This document shows, one piece after another, positions 25,107 to 38,034 of a DNA stretch of 64,000 bases. Under the pieces are notes generated by a model that was not told the origin of the DNA, searched no databases, and was given only the letters and a program-made list of their open reading frames with translations. Origin of the DNA: Amoebophrya sp. A120 (taxonomy: Eukaryota > Protista > Dinoflagellata); NCBI GenBank assembly GCA_905178155.1, contig CAJINV010000004.1, forward strand, positions 2,932,921-2,996,920. The letters run 5' to 3'. Every line of letters begins with the position of its first letter. Position 1 is the stretch's first letter. The position numbers and the translations under genes are program-made.

Positions 25107-26446
25107 CTTGTTGGACGAGGGAGTTGCGAAGGCGAGTCGTGAAAAATAAGTGCGAACAGGAACAAACCGCTTAGGCGGGCGGGTTTTTGCACAAACTCCG
25201 TACTATCGATACAAACCGACGTCGTCCACTCGTTCCTCCGCTCAGGGTCGCTTGATGGCGGTGGGCGTGGTGTTGCCGCAAGTGATGTCGCCGTCGCTTC
25301 TGAGGAGGATAATGCGATTGATCATGTGCAGCCGAAGATGACACGACTAGGACTACAGGAACAGACTACGATCACAATGGTCCATCTACAAGAACTTAAG
25401 GGAAGAGAGTCACGGACTAGAGCGCTCTATCACTAGGCTCCACTTGTTGTTGCGAATCATAGTTCTCATTCTGTATATTGTAGGCACACTATGAATGCTC
25501 TTGTCAGTCCTTGTTGTAGAAGTGGCAGAAATAAAAGAAGATGAAGCGCGATTTTGATTTTCTTCGCCATCAAAATTGCTAGAATTTCAGGAGCTGGGTG
25601 GAGATCCGCTTACTCAAAGTGTCAAGACGGTACTGCGGTGGCGCTGCAAGCCACCCCTGATACAGACACACGTATATAGAAGTTTGCGGCTATAGACAAT
25701 TTATCGATCTTTTCAAATGAGACACTTCAATCAAGAAATGAAACGCACTTGCATTGGGTGTTCAGCAACATGATCTACAATGCAAAAGACAAATTTGAAT
25801 TTCGCTGACCTCATCTTCGTTCTACTTGAATCCTCATTTTCTGATACTTATCACCCTAAGTACAATCAGTGATCGTGTGTCTGTTTCTGTGCAAATACGC
25901 ACACTGTCAATACTACTTACGCCTAAAAATTTGCATTTTGTTTGTTTTGATGATATATTGTGAACAACTAATGCAGTTTGTGGATTGACTCCACTTCTGA
26001 CGCAGGTCCAGATCCATCAAAAAATCACAAGTGAAAAACTAAAAGACAATCGATCTACTTACGCGGCTGGTCGCAGGACGTAAATCTAAGTCAACATGTA
26101 GTCTTCTGGCAGAGAAATACGTCATTCATTTCATACAACACCGGCCTCTCAAGGTGTGATCTTGCACTAGTGTGCCCCCCCAGTGCTAAAATCCCGCAAC
26201 TTCATGATCGGTCTCCTTCTCCGGGATGGTGCTTCTAGTGTTGTATGTTCTTACGCCGCCGAGGGCCAAAATGAGAAAAAAAAAACTAAAACTAGAACTT
26301 GAACTACAACTGCCGCCAAGGAGTATAATGCAAGACCACGAAGTCACAGCATCAAAAAGATCTGACCAATGAACACCAGCATGGGGGCGGAACCTTGCGT
26401 GCGCAGTTGTCAGGCGGGTCGGAAAATCGGACAAATAAACATGTCT

Positions 26447-28100
26447 CATCTATATCGCCCAGGGCGAAATTTGCCCGAAGCACATGTTGCGCAATTCAGA
26501 ACGGCAATTCGACCCGAAGTCCCTCTGCCACAGGCCGCGCCCACCCCGGGCGCGCGCGGCGACCGGGGTAAGTCAGTTGACTCACTCCTCTCCCGCGCGC
26601 GCCGGCCACAACTAGGTAGCCCGCTGACCATCCAGCAGGATGGGCGCGGCAGGATCGGGTTGGTGGGCGAACATCTGGCCGCCCCCACCGCCCACGCAAA
26701 TTTAACTGCTGCCACCCACCCCTCCCTCAGAGTGAGAGAGACGCCCACGCCCGCCACGCCCCTACCGTGGCTGGCAGGGCGGGGGCGCAAGAATGCAGCC
26801 GCCTATAGGCGACCGCGCCGGGGCCTACCGGGCGCGAGGAAGGGGCGGGCGCTAGCTAACGCGGCGCGCGAAGGCCCGCCCGCCGCGCGCCCCCCCCGCC
26901 GTCCGGCCCAAATACCCGCCAAGAGGGCCGCCCAGCCCGGGCAATCAACAACAGCACGGACCGCGCTCCCTCTGTCTCCTGGTCCTTCTTGGCGGCGCGC
27001 CATCGGCCGCGACCAGTTTCCAACCGGAAGAGCGCGCTTTGCTCCTTCCGGGCCCGCCGGCCCGCCGGGGCACCCAAAGCGGCCGCCTTCGGGGCCGGAA
27101 ATATTCCCCCGGAAGGCGGGCCGCCCGAAGCCCCGCGCATTTCCCTAGGTGGCCGCGCCGAAGAGGTCCCTACCTTCGGGAAGGCGCGGCCGTTTGGCGG
27201 TGTTGCTGCCTGGGCCCCCGCTTCGCACCAACCGAAAAGCACAAAACGCAAAGCCCAAGGGGGCAGATGCTTTGCGCTCCTAGCAAGCCGAGCGGCGCGG
27301 CCGGCCTCTTCCCACTGGTGTACATGGCGACGAAATCCAACAAACGCGGCAAGGGTTACGACAGAACACAACTCGCCGCGCTATGCCTATGCGCCACCCG
27401 CGGGCGCGCGGGGCTTCGTTCGTGGTGGCTGTGGGAACGTGGGGCGCAACATGCTGGAACACCCGGGGCGGGCGGGCGCGCCTAAGGCACCGACCCGGGC
27501 CGGCCCTTGGGGGGCACAGGCAGCGGGGGGCCCAAGGGGGAAGGGCCCACCACACCCTGTCCCGCAAACGCGTGCGCCTGCCCGGGAGCGCGCGGGGCCC
27601 GCCTGCGCGCGTTCGCTCCCCCTGTGGCGCATGCTTAGCGGGCTGCGCCTTGCGCTTCGCGCACAATAGTAACTAGGCCCAAGTCCGGCGCCCGCTGTTT
27701 TCTGAGGCGTAGCGGCCTGCTTTGTCGAAAGGGGCCGCAAGAACTTCGCCAAGCTCTGCGCGCTGATCATCGCACGGACGCCCGGCGCCTCCCGCGGCGG
27801 AGCGGGCGCCCGCTGCGCCTCTCGCCTTGGGCCGACTGGAAAAACCTGCGCGCCCACCCAAGCAGCGCCGTGCCGCGGCTGTGTCTGTTCGCGCGAACTA
27901 TGTCACGCGCGGCATCCTTTCCACACAACGCACCAGCCGGAAGCCCATGCCACGCACTGCCGCGGCCCCCGCCGGGGGGCTTTATCGACGGCGCAACCGC
28001 CGCGACCTTTCTGCCCCGGCCCCTCGACGCCTTCACGGCCCTGGCAACGGCCTTCCTCTAGTTGGCCTTTGCGGTGGAGAAGCGCTCTAGGGACCCAGCC
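26447..28100 (+). pseudogene. GC-rich block, probable decayed tyrosine-recombinase element
   Basis: Abrupt GC rise. Plus-strand fragments across frameshifts: AVLL..LRTN (~27221), YMATKSNKRGKGYDR..CLC (27321), TPGASRGGAG (27778) and ANY (~27899), in R-K-HxxR-Y order. Confidence 0.4.
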
Positions 28101-28496
28101 TAAGGCTCTTTGACTTTGACATCGAGACCGCATGATGCAATTACAGAACTCCGAACACATCCTTTTCGGTATTATGCTTCAGTTCAGACATTGCAAAAGT
28201 GTCTGAGGAACGTTCTAGCTCTAGGGCTTTTGAAATTTTAATACTTATTTCGCGAAATAGCAAACATCCCGGCATCTTGTTCGATGCGCGCTACATTCTT
28301 TCACTTCTTAGTAAGTACCAAGGTAGTGCCACCTATAATGAACGAGCATGATCACAACTACTCGCTAACAGCCAAGTCACTAGAGCCGCCTTCTCGAAAC
28401 GCATTCCACGACAATGTCAACGATCATTTCATACGGTCCACCACCTTTCCATCCAAAAAACACATCAATTCCACACCAACTCCACACTAAAACTCT

Positions 28497-31400
28497 TCAA
28501 CACCACCTGCCCAAATCCGCTTCCGTCTTGACCCCGTACCCCTTCAGCGGGATGTTCATCAACGGTTGAAAATCCGCGAACACGTCCCCGACGTAACTCG
28601 CGTACGGATCTTCTTGCTTCCAGTTCATCCGCACCAGCAGCGGCTCCACCACCGCTGCGACTTGTGGGAACGCCGAGCGCAAAACCGTTTCGAACTTGAC
28701 GCGGTCCGTAACCTCGCGGTCGTGCTGGTCGGTTGCCAGGTACACGTTGTTGCTCAAACACCAGTGCACCGGCGAGCGTTTGCGGACGTAGCTGATCAAC
28801 TTCGCCGCGGTGGCTTTGTCATTCTCAAAGTTGTCCTTCAGACTCACGTATCAAATGCAAAAATGTCTGGGTCTGGAAGACTACGAGATTTGTCATGCTT
28901 GTCTGGGATGACCAAAAAGTTTGTGATGCGTGTCCTAGAAGAGACGATTTTGCCTGTCATGCAAAAACGCAGTTTGTCATGCGAAAAACGCAACACAAAG
29001 AAGCGCAGATATTTCTCATGCTTGACTGTGCATGACAGAGCATTCCCTAGTCCCAACGCAGCATCACAAGTTTCCAGACCCAGACATTTTTACATTTGAT
29101 ATCACGGCGACGTCGCACAGCAGCCGCTGGTTCGCATGGTGCCGCCAGTCGTAGGGGGCGTGGAGGATCGTGTGCACCGCCTCACGGGACTTCTCCGGAT
29201 TTTGCACGGAGAGATCCAGGTAGTTCAAATACTCCCCCGCCATCATGGCATTCATCGAGGGAGGTGGGAGGTAAGAGTCTGACTTCGACGAGGACCACCT
29301 CGATGTCGTCGTCGTATCGTTATTGTTCCCCCCGCCGTTATTTTGTACTATATCCCTACTTCCAAACACCGGCAGTGGCACCGCGATGTCGTTCACAATC
29401 CGTGCCACTTGCTTCTTCACTTCACTGTGCTGCTGCTTTTTTGATAACCGCGAGCTAGATTTGCTGCGGTGGTGTGCTGTTTTTTCCAAAAGTCCGCTTC
29501 TTTGTTGATGTATCATCTCAAACGCCTCCCCGTACTTTTTCTCAGCCTGTTTCTGGTTTTTGAAGTTGTAATCTAGATACCGACCTTTCATAAACACGAC
29601 GAGCGGATCTCTCCCACAAGTACTCGCGAATTGCTTCTCCAAGGCGTCCATCAACGCAATACCGATCTGCTTCAAGTGCGGACTTTTCTCCCGTGAGTCG
29701 GGGCTGAACCACATCTGCGCCAGCTCCGCGAAGCTGGCACAATCGGCATCCGACTCCTGAATAATCGCGGCCCAGTAATCTTCGGAGAGCAGGGACTCCT
29801 CTAAACTCAGGGTAGAAGTGAAGGAGTCGAGAAAAAAAGGGAAGGTGGAGGAGTCTGCCAATACGCCACCGCTCGTGGAGGTGCTCTTTTTTGCTTGTTT
29901 TCGTCGTTTCTCCCTCTTCTTCTCATACTTGAGCCGCTCTTTGCGCTCACGAACCAACTGCTTCTCGATGAACTTCTGCATCCGCGGCCCGCGGGTTGTT
30001 GTAATTGTCTGCGTAGTTCGTGTCGGAGGCGCTGCTCGTCGTGTAGTTCCCCCGCTCGATGACGGCGCGTCATTATTCCGGCTTGTCTTGACATTTTCCA
30101 CCTCACCGTCGATCGCACTGCCATCGAGAGCACTACTGGAGCGCGGTGGACTTTCAGTCGCAATAGACGTCATCTCTTCGTCAACTCCCGCTGAGTCCCA
30201 GCCGAGATCATCGTCGTCCTCCCTGCCACCTCCAGAAGCAGAGGACCTTGTCGTAACAACCCGCCGATACGACCGGTAGTTCCGCTGGGAAGTTGTGCTT
30301 GCAGCACTTGTTGAGGAAGTAGTTGTGGAGCTGGTTGCGGAGGGTTGCGGAACCGGTATTGATCCACCGGAAGGAGCTCCGACTTCACTACTTGGATTGT
30401 TCACAGTCTGCACGCCCTCGTCCGGGGAAACCCGTTCAAAAAGCGAATACGCCGTGTTCGCAAAGCGGAACCGGAAGTGGAGGGGATTGAAGAACAGGCT
30501 TCGGCAGACCAGGGCAAACTTATGACAGGGCACAACTCCCCATCCCCTTCCCCCTCATTTGTGTTGCATGAACAGCAACACAAGAAACAGCAGAAAAGCG
30601 GCTTTCGCATGACAAATCTGCATGCGGATTGTAGTACTATTTGAGGTTTCAAAATTTGTCATGCTAGCAGCGCTTACGAGCAAGGCGCGAGTTTGGTATT
30701 TTGCAAGACAAAGGAGGGGGAGGGGGGGTTGTGCACTGTCATAAAACTGGTCCACTTTCTCCCTTTCCCCCGTTTCCGCGTCTAGTACTTTCCCAAACTG
30801 CTTTTCCGTGTTCCTGTCACAATTCGAGCCTTTGATTTTCGAGGAATACTCCTCGTCGACGAGGAAGGGCGTGAAGAAGCACCGCCGGTTGTCAATCACC
30901 ACGAAGCGCGCGTGCAGCGGTTTCATGATTTGGTAGGAAAACACCTCCGGGGTGGTGCAGTGGTACAGACCGGAGTAGAGAAACTGCACCCGGCGCCGCA
31001 ACTCCTCCGACTCGTAGTGGGGGTGCACGATGAGGGGCGCCTTGGTGAACTGCCGTAGGGCGCCCAGAGTGCTCATCGAACCGGCTATGGAAGTAGAAGG
31101 CCTTGGGCTCGACGGTAGAGCGATGGATGTGGTAGCGGGAGAGGGCCGCGGTACTATGTTCGCGCTTCTGCTTGTCCTTGCTGGCTGCAACGCAGTTGAA
31201 GTGCTTGGAATCACGAAATCAAACCCGTTCTGATTCCACATGATTCGCTTTATTTTCCCAGAGGTCGTGTGAGTGTGCAGACGATTGACATGCGCGTGCT
31301 CCTGTGCAGCTGCAGCCTCAAGAGCAGGAGAACCAACATTAATACCTTCAAGCTCTTCACGACTATCGACAATGCGCTGATTAATGTACCCAGCGAGTTC

Positions 31401-34400
31401 TAAAATGTCTTTGCTGCCGCTGAAGACGTAGCTCACAGCCCTTCCACAAACGTGGTTTTCGTTTTTGTCCGTGGGTAGGCCGCAGGGCAGCCAGGAAAGC
31501 GTGAGCTTTGCGTAGAGAAAGAACCCGTAGCAAGAGGCCGCAAGCAGGACGAAGGAAACCAGGCGTCGAATCTTACTTAGTAAGGCTGCTAAGGTGCAGA
31601 GTGTGGCTCTACTATTTTTCGGCACAAGGAAGTTGCTGTTATTTTCATCACCTCCGTTACCGTTTTTGCTGCAGAGGATGCTGGCTATCCTTCCGCCAAA
31701 CGCGGCGCGCCTTACCCGCGAGGCGCAACAACTTACAGATTCGGTCACCGGGTCGGTTTGGCAATAGACAGTTATTTTTCTGGACAGTGGACCCTGATGT
31801 TGCGCTTGCGCAGCAGAAGTGTCCTTTCTTGTATTTTTCATCGGAGGTGGAGGTCCACCTCGCAGCAAAGGTTGCTGGCGCGCCGTTTTGTTCACAGTCG
31901 GCGTACTTACCCGATTTTTCTTGGTGGTTGTGTTACAAGAACCTGTCGTCTCACTCGCCGAGTTTTTAGCCGCTGCCACTACCTTGTCCCTGTCCTCGTC
32001 ACGAGTAGATAAAAATGCCAAACAACTCAGTTCCCCAACCGGACACCGTTGCAAAAACCTCCAGGCTGTCGGCGCAGCGTTTATACAGGCGAAGACAATT
32101 GCGAACGGGGCGGCGAGTGACCTTAGCCTAGCGATCTGGTATCCAAGAAACGAGAACAGCACAAGCTGCAGGCAGAAAAAGTTCCGCATGTGTATCCCCG
32201 GACCGTAGGCGTTTGTCGTGAAGAGGTCCCTTCGCAAATTGCGCGCCAAGACTTTCACAGACGGACTCATCTGCAGAAGTGCGGTGTACTTCGTGTGGTC
32301 TACTGTTTGAAGATGTTGAAGTTCGTTAGACCACCCTTCTTCTTCTTCATATTCGCTGCCGCTGGAAATTTCTGCACCACCGGTTTTAGTACAGCCATGT
32401 CCTCCAGCTGGCGAGGAGGAAGAGGATGCTACAAATTTTGTGTCCTCTTCATGGTTCCACATCGTCCCGCTTTTATTTTTCTTGAAGAACAGCAATACTC
32501 TCAGTACCGGGTCCACGAAAAAGTGCCACAAATTTTGCAGAAGCAACAAAGTTGCCCCCGCTAAACAAAGTTGCACAGTGTAGGTAGTGTGAAAAAAATC
32601 CACCACGTCCTGCGCGACCTTGTGGAAGACGCCCATGACAAGATACAGTCGCGCGTTGAACGTTCGCGTTGCCGGACAGGGCCAGGCCTCGTACTCCGCT
32701 TTCGCGCAAAAAATCTCCAGAATGTGCGCGTCCCCGGTGAAACTCTTGCTGATGAAAAATCGCAGCACGCAAAAAACGAAAACCGCAAGCAACCCCTCCT
32801 TGAAAAACTGGAAGAAGCGAAAGCGGAATTTCGTAACGTAGTCGGCGCAAGAAGTGGAACTACTGCGATCCTCGCCGGCTGTGGGCGGTGTTGAAGTTGT
32901 GTAGTAATTCGCTTTGTTCTTGCTCCTCGACCCGTCGTCCCTGAAAACCCAGACCACCACTCTGAACGCCAGTAACTGCGACAGAAACAGGCTGCTGAGA
33001 ATCAGTTCACTCCCCGAGAAGAGCACGATCGCGGAAGCGTAGGCGAGAAAGTAGAGGTTCAATAATTTCGCAAAAGTCTCGAAGGAAATGCCACGGCAGA
33101 TGTACACAAAATACACCGCTGCGCCCTGCAGTGTGAGCACAAACGGGGTAAACTGCCACACGAGCAAGGAAGCGAGCGTCGTGGTTGCGAAGAGGAGTTG
33201 TGTGGTCTTGAAGGAGGTGGTGTGTGCGAGGTTAATCCTGACGGGATTTTTCTCCTCCTGATCGTGTCGGCCAGCGGCACCACAACTTTTCTCCACGACA
33301 CGTTGCAGCTCCGACTGCCAAAAGAACCGTAGCAGAAAGAAGATCTGCATGGCCAGCACCGGCTGCGCCCAGTTTTCACGCAGATTCATGCCGGTCGGGA
33401 GGAGCAAACGGGAAATTTGCGCTCGTTGTGTGTACAGGCAAACTAGGATCAAAAAACCTGCGCAAAGAGAAGAAATGCAGGCCTGCTGCAGGACGAAAAC
33501 TTGAACTACGCCGGCCGCGGGGGTGCGACAACTACGTCGCGGGGAGAAATTATTGCTATGTCGCGACAAATTTCCGGTTCCTTTCTCAGTTGCACCTTCT
33601 TTGTCAAGTGGGTCCTGCTGCTCGTCAACCTTTTTGTGTGACGTCATTCCGGGACGTCGATCCACGACGACCTGCTGATCCTCCATGTCACAGTCGTCTC
33701 CTCCTTGAAGTGAAAACCCACTTCCTGCCCTGCGATTTCGAGCGTCAACACTACTAGTATCCTGTAGTTGTACCCCTCCTTGCTCCTCTTGCTGTGCGGA
33801 GGTGAACACGACCTCGCCATCATCGCTTGTCTCTTCTTGTTCTTCACCACGCGTCACCATTATCTTCACCCTCGGCACGAACTCGAACGCCATTGCCACC
33901 AGTGCTCCCTGTCCCAGGGCGTTGATCAGGAACAACACCAATTGGTAGAAATGCCAGGAGTACAGCGTGACTTCTTCCACCGACCAGCGTCTAGTGCTGG
34001 AGGTTGTAGTGGAAGTTGACTGCTCGTCTTCAAGCGCCATAAACGCAACCCACAGCTCGTGGCAGTCATGCACCGCGCGGAACAAAACCCCGCATGACAC
34101 CTCTGCGTAAATGTTGAAGCGCGACAACGCGTTGATATTGTTCGGATATTCCGACCTCTCGTCAAACAGCAGCTGCCTCCACGCGTCGGCCCAGCTCTCC
34201 GCGCGGATAAATTCTTCGTAGAACGAGTAGTAGAAACCAGACTCCGTGGTCAACGCCGAGGCCTGCACGACCAAAGTCGGGTGCTGGCTCCCCAGCTGCG
34301 AGTGGTAGGCAGCGAGGGTCTCGACTAGTAGCGCGAAAGAGGAGAGAGAGATCAGAAGCAGCTTGGCAGAGTAGAGGAAATGGTCCGACCAGGTGGGAAG

Positions 34401-34931
34401 GAAAGACGTCATCAACTTGGTTGACGAAGAGGATCTTGTTTTGCTGTCGTGAAGATTCCATGCTGGTACTGCAGTTCCAGTTGTTGTTCTTGTGCCGCAA
34501 TCGTAACTTGTTTTCCTGGACAAAAATGAGGCGCCACCACAACTGCTGAAGAAACTCTTGAAGAGCGTCGTCCTTCTCTTGCTACTTCCATCCACATCGA
34601 GAGGATGACCCGGCGAGTGCGTTCTGGCTTTGAAGATTTTTGTGCCGAAAAGCCCAAAGTTGTGACCTCCCTCGTCTTGTAGATCGTGACACTGGAGGTT
34701 CTGGCTCTGTTCGTCTTTCTCTCCTCCGCCTTCACTCGCTCCGTCCACGCGCGCAGACGGCTTCCTGAGTTTCGCAGCCTGCTTGTAGTTCTCTTTTTTC
34801 TTGGCTAAATTCTGGCATGTGCTAGCGCCTCCATCTGCGCGTTGCTCGAAAGCAGACACGTCGGCTTCGGCGTTTTTGTTGTGATTGCCGAGGACGCCAC
34901 GTCTGCGAGGACCTGTGTTGCTGGTAACCAT
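28497..34931 (-). CDS. DPY19: DPY19-family tryptophan C-mannosyltransferase with C-terminal helical/TPR-like extension
   Basis: TESGFYYSFY, SEYPNNINALSRFNIYAEV, LRENWAQP, WQFTPFVLTLQ and AGSMSTLG..HPHYES. Joined in frame across introners 30521-30743 and 28849-29101. Confidence 0.85.
28849..29101. mobile_element. Introner, family B (253 bp)
   Basis: tatcaaatgcaaaaatgtctgggtctgg...ccagacccagacatttttacatttgata; direct repeat tcacg; the join gives DVAV-SLKD. Confidence 0.93.
30521..30743. mobile_element. Introner, family C (223 bp)
   Basis: tatgacagggcacaactccc...ggttgtgcactgtcata; direct repeat aaact; the join gives VDQF-ALVC. Confidence 0.93.
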
Positions 34932-36038
34932 TACCTTTATTCTTTTTGTAAAAGGTCAATCAAAATCACACGGATGCAAATCGTCACACAGAGACAGACA
35001 TCAAAACGACTGCTGAACGGAGCCACCGCAATAAACTGGTCTTGGTTGTTCTTTTTGGTGCTGCCTCGTTCAAAAATAATCGTGACCCACAGTGGACGAT
35101 GAGGTCTCACACTTGGCTTCATGATCGTGAACATACGACCTGCAAATACAAAAATCATTTTTATTCAGAGGGGCTGGCTGCGAACAGCAAAAAGGGATCT
35201 TTTTCGCGCTGGCACCGGGCAGGACAACAAAAAATAGTGTTGCAGGGATCGAAAGATAACAAGGAAAGCGAGAGCAAGAGGATCCTCATATCAGCTCAGC
35301 GCATCATCACGACCGACCTCTTTGTCGACCCGACATGATGTTGCAACAGAGCTAAGATCACGTCCGTTGTCCTTACACGCAAGAAATACAAGACAAAACA
35401 CGAAACCTCCAGAGAAGGCGAACAAACCATACTATCTTCTAAGAAGATATCACATCCTTTTAATCATGATCGGCACACACACCGACACGCGAGTGTGCGA
35501 GATGCACGACATCTTGGAGTCTTATCTTTTTGAAGTACGTCTGCATCTGATGAGGTGAAGGTGACACAATTCAAAAGCGAAAGCCAAATGCAAATCACTA
35601 TCACATTCTTCATGCTATTGGCAATTTTAGACGACGTTCATTTAAGATTCAAGGTCTGAGCCAGGTAAGGGCAAACGGGAGGTTATTTACGACTACAACT
35701 ACAGGTTCATTTTCATCTTGTAATGGCCGCGACACTTACTTTGCGTCATGTTGGACACAGTTTATTTTTGCATATTCATCATACTTCCTATGTTACGTAT
35801 TGTCCATTTTTGCTTTTGATTTTTCATTATCAAAGGGATAAAGACATAAGTACGCTTCCCCTTTTTCTTCGTCTTATTCTGCTTACATCACGACGTAGAA
35901 GTCGTGTACTTGTACAAGAACGCGGCATTTGTTTGAAAACGAATAGCACTGTTTCACTGTAGAATTCAGATGGATATTAAGAAAGTCGTACAAGAAGAAA
36001 CCACCCAGCGCAACTTCTCAGGTGGAAGTGCATTGTAG

Positions 36039-36120
36039 CTGATCGTGACGAGTTTTTGTGTCGCTGCTACGATGCCGATGGTGTCTGATCGTGACGAGTT
36101 TTTGTGTCGCTGCTACGATG
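36039..36120. repeat. 36-bp perfect direct repeat, period 46 bp
   Basis: ctgatcgtgacgagtttttgtgtcgctgctacgatg at 36039-36074 and 36085-36120. Confidence 0.9.
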
Positions 36121-38034
36121 GTTCTCGCTGACGTTCTTGCTCGCGGATGTTGACAGACCACTACCGCAAGAAGTTTCTCCACCGCCTCCCCCTTGGACAC
36201 GCGCGGCGATGCTGGGCCGACGTCTTGCCCGACTAATTTTCTCATTCCTCCTCGGAGCACAGGCAATCAGTGAAAACTTGCACTGTTTTTTCTCGTTGTT
36301 CTTTCTCATCATTTTCATTGTCGTCTTGGCCGAAGCTGCTGTATCTGCTGTATCTGCAGCGTAATGTTGTAGTAGTGCTGCTCGTTCAACATCTACTGTC
36401 CCTCCCGCACGACGATCTTCGCCTTTCTTTTCTCGTCGACTCTCCTGCTCCCGTCTGTCCCTCCGTTCCTGGAGCGCGGCCATTTGGTCCATTTTCGCGT
36501 AAAGCTTCCAGTTGTTCTTCCAGGTATTGCTTTTCTTTTTCATGCTTTTGGTTGGTTTTTTATGCCCGCCACCGGGGGCCGAAGATCTTTTCATTTTCTT
36601 GTTCTTAGTAACCGGAGACGAGCTTTTGCTTTTGCTTGCCTGGTTCACGAAGGTGTCGTACGTGAAAACCAACGGTCTGTTGACGCTGTCGTTGTTGTCG
36701 GTGCGCGGAATGCTGAAGAGGTTGCTAATCTCCATCATCTTTCTTCTTCTTTCCAGCGCGATTTGTGCTTTTTGTTCCCACGACTCGGTGGGGCTATAAT
36801 TGAAGTATTGTTCCGAGGGTTCATCTACTTTACGGGGGCGTGGCGGGGGTTTGAAGGAGAAGTAGCTGGGAAGATAATTCTTTCCATCATGATGATCTAC
36901 TCGACGGTGGTGGTCTTGTTCGTAGTCCTGCTCCTGCTTATTCAGCATCCAGCTCATCTTCATCAAACTGTGGCGGGCGGTACTAGTAGGAGTTGATGTC
37001 CTGAGAGTTGCAAGTAGTTGTGCCCGTTCATGATCTGCTTTATCGTCTTCAGCGACCTCCGGGTCACGACGAAATAAACCACGAGCAGGCCGCCCCGGCT
37101 CCTCATCTTCAGGATCTGGTGTTGCAGCCAGTAGTGGATCTTCGTCATCATCGTCTTGAAGATCATCTTCTACCTGCAGCTCGTCGACCACTGCCGTGCT
37201 GCTCTCAAAGGCTCGCCGCGCGTCCATCAGATCTTGCATTCGGCGCTCGACAAAATCTTCCAGCTTTGTTTTACGTGCTTCATTTTTGACCTCGACCAGC
37301 ACTGGATGTTGAACAAGCTGCTCCGAAGCAGGTTTAGTGTTTTTAACACTGCCTGTTGTTCTACTGGTCGCACCGGTGGTACTGCCGCTGGTGGTGTGTT
37401 GAAGATTATCATCTACTTTCCGACTGCTCGTTGTAGGTTTTGATTTGGACCGCTGCTTGGCGATTTCTTTTACTTTTTGCCTTGCTTTTAGGTACGTCGC
37501 CTTTTGTGTGGAAGATGTTTTTATCCTCGCCTTCGAAGCAGAGGTGGCATCATTCTCGTCCTGTTTCTTGTTCTTTGCAACAGAAGGCGGCCGTGAAGAG
37601 GAGCCCTCCTTCGTCGGGAAGTCACCAGGCTGTTCGGATTTGATGGAGGTTCTTGCACTTGCTTTTGCATTTGCATTCGCGGGAGTTTTCTTGGCTGGCG
37701 TCGCTTTTCGACTGCCCTTGTTACTTTTTGACGGGTTGGTGGGAGTTGTCAACGCTTTTTTTCCAGAAGAGGCCGTGCTGCGTAGTGTCGTCGACGAGAA
37801 GGCTGGTGCGGCGGAATTAGAATTTTCAATTTTACCTCTACTTCTGTGCTGCTCCTTGTTCGGTTCGTTCTCATTGTCGTTCTTCATCCCCTTTTTTTTA
37901 CTTGCTGCAGGAACAGTTCCACGTCCACTTCGCTTCTTTGGGTCTTCTGGCTTCTTTACGGCCGCGACCCGAAAAACTACGCTCCAGCTGGCAAGTTCTG
38001 CCGCGGCGAGGACATGAACAAAGAGGCCCTTCAT
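36067..38034 (-). CDS. Hypothetical K/S/T-rich protein with signal-peptide-like N-terminus
   Basis: 655-aa uninterrupted ORF starting at ATG; hydrophobic first ~25 aa. Confidence 0.65.
   Translation of the reverse strand: MKGLFVHVLAAAELASWSVVFRVAAVKKPEDPKKRSGRGTVPAASKKKGMKNDNENEPNKEQHRSRGKIENSNSAAPAFSSTTLRSTASSGKKALTTPTNPSKSNKGSRKATPAKKTPANANAKASARTSIKSEQPGDFPTKEGSSSRPPSVAKNKKQDENDATSASKARIKTSSTQKATYLKARQKVKEIAKQRSKSKPTTSSRKVDDNLQHTTSGSTTGATSRTTGSVKNTKPASEQLVQHPVLVEVKNEARKTKLEDFVERRMQDLMDARRAFESSTAVVDELQVEDDLQDDDDEDPLLAATPDPEDEEPGRPARGLFRRDPEVAEDDKADHERAQLLATLRTSTPTSTARHSLMKMSWMLNKQEQDYEQDHHRRVDHHDGKNYLPSYFSFKPPPRPRKVDEPSEQYFNYSPTESWEQKAQIALERRRKMMEISNLFSIPRTDNNDSVNRPLVFTYDTFVNQASKSKSSSPVTKNKKMKRSSAPGGGHKKPTKSMKKKSNTWKNNWKLYAKMDQMAALQERRDRREQESRREKKGEDRRAGGTVDVERAALLQHYAADTADTAASAKTTMKMMRKNNEKKQCKFSLIACAPRRNEKISRARRRPSIAARVQGGGGGETSCGSGLSTSASKNVSENHRSSDTKTRHDQTPSAS

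Noticed and set aside
26447-28100. rRNA, RNase P/MRP or other ncRNA in the GC-rich block
   Set aside because: No conserved rRNA or P4-helix signatures recognised.
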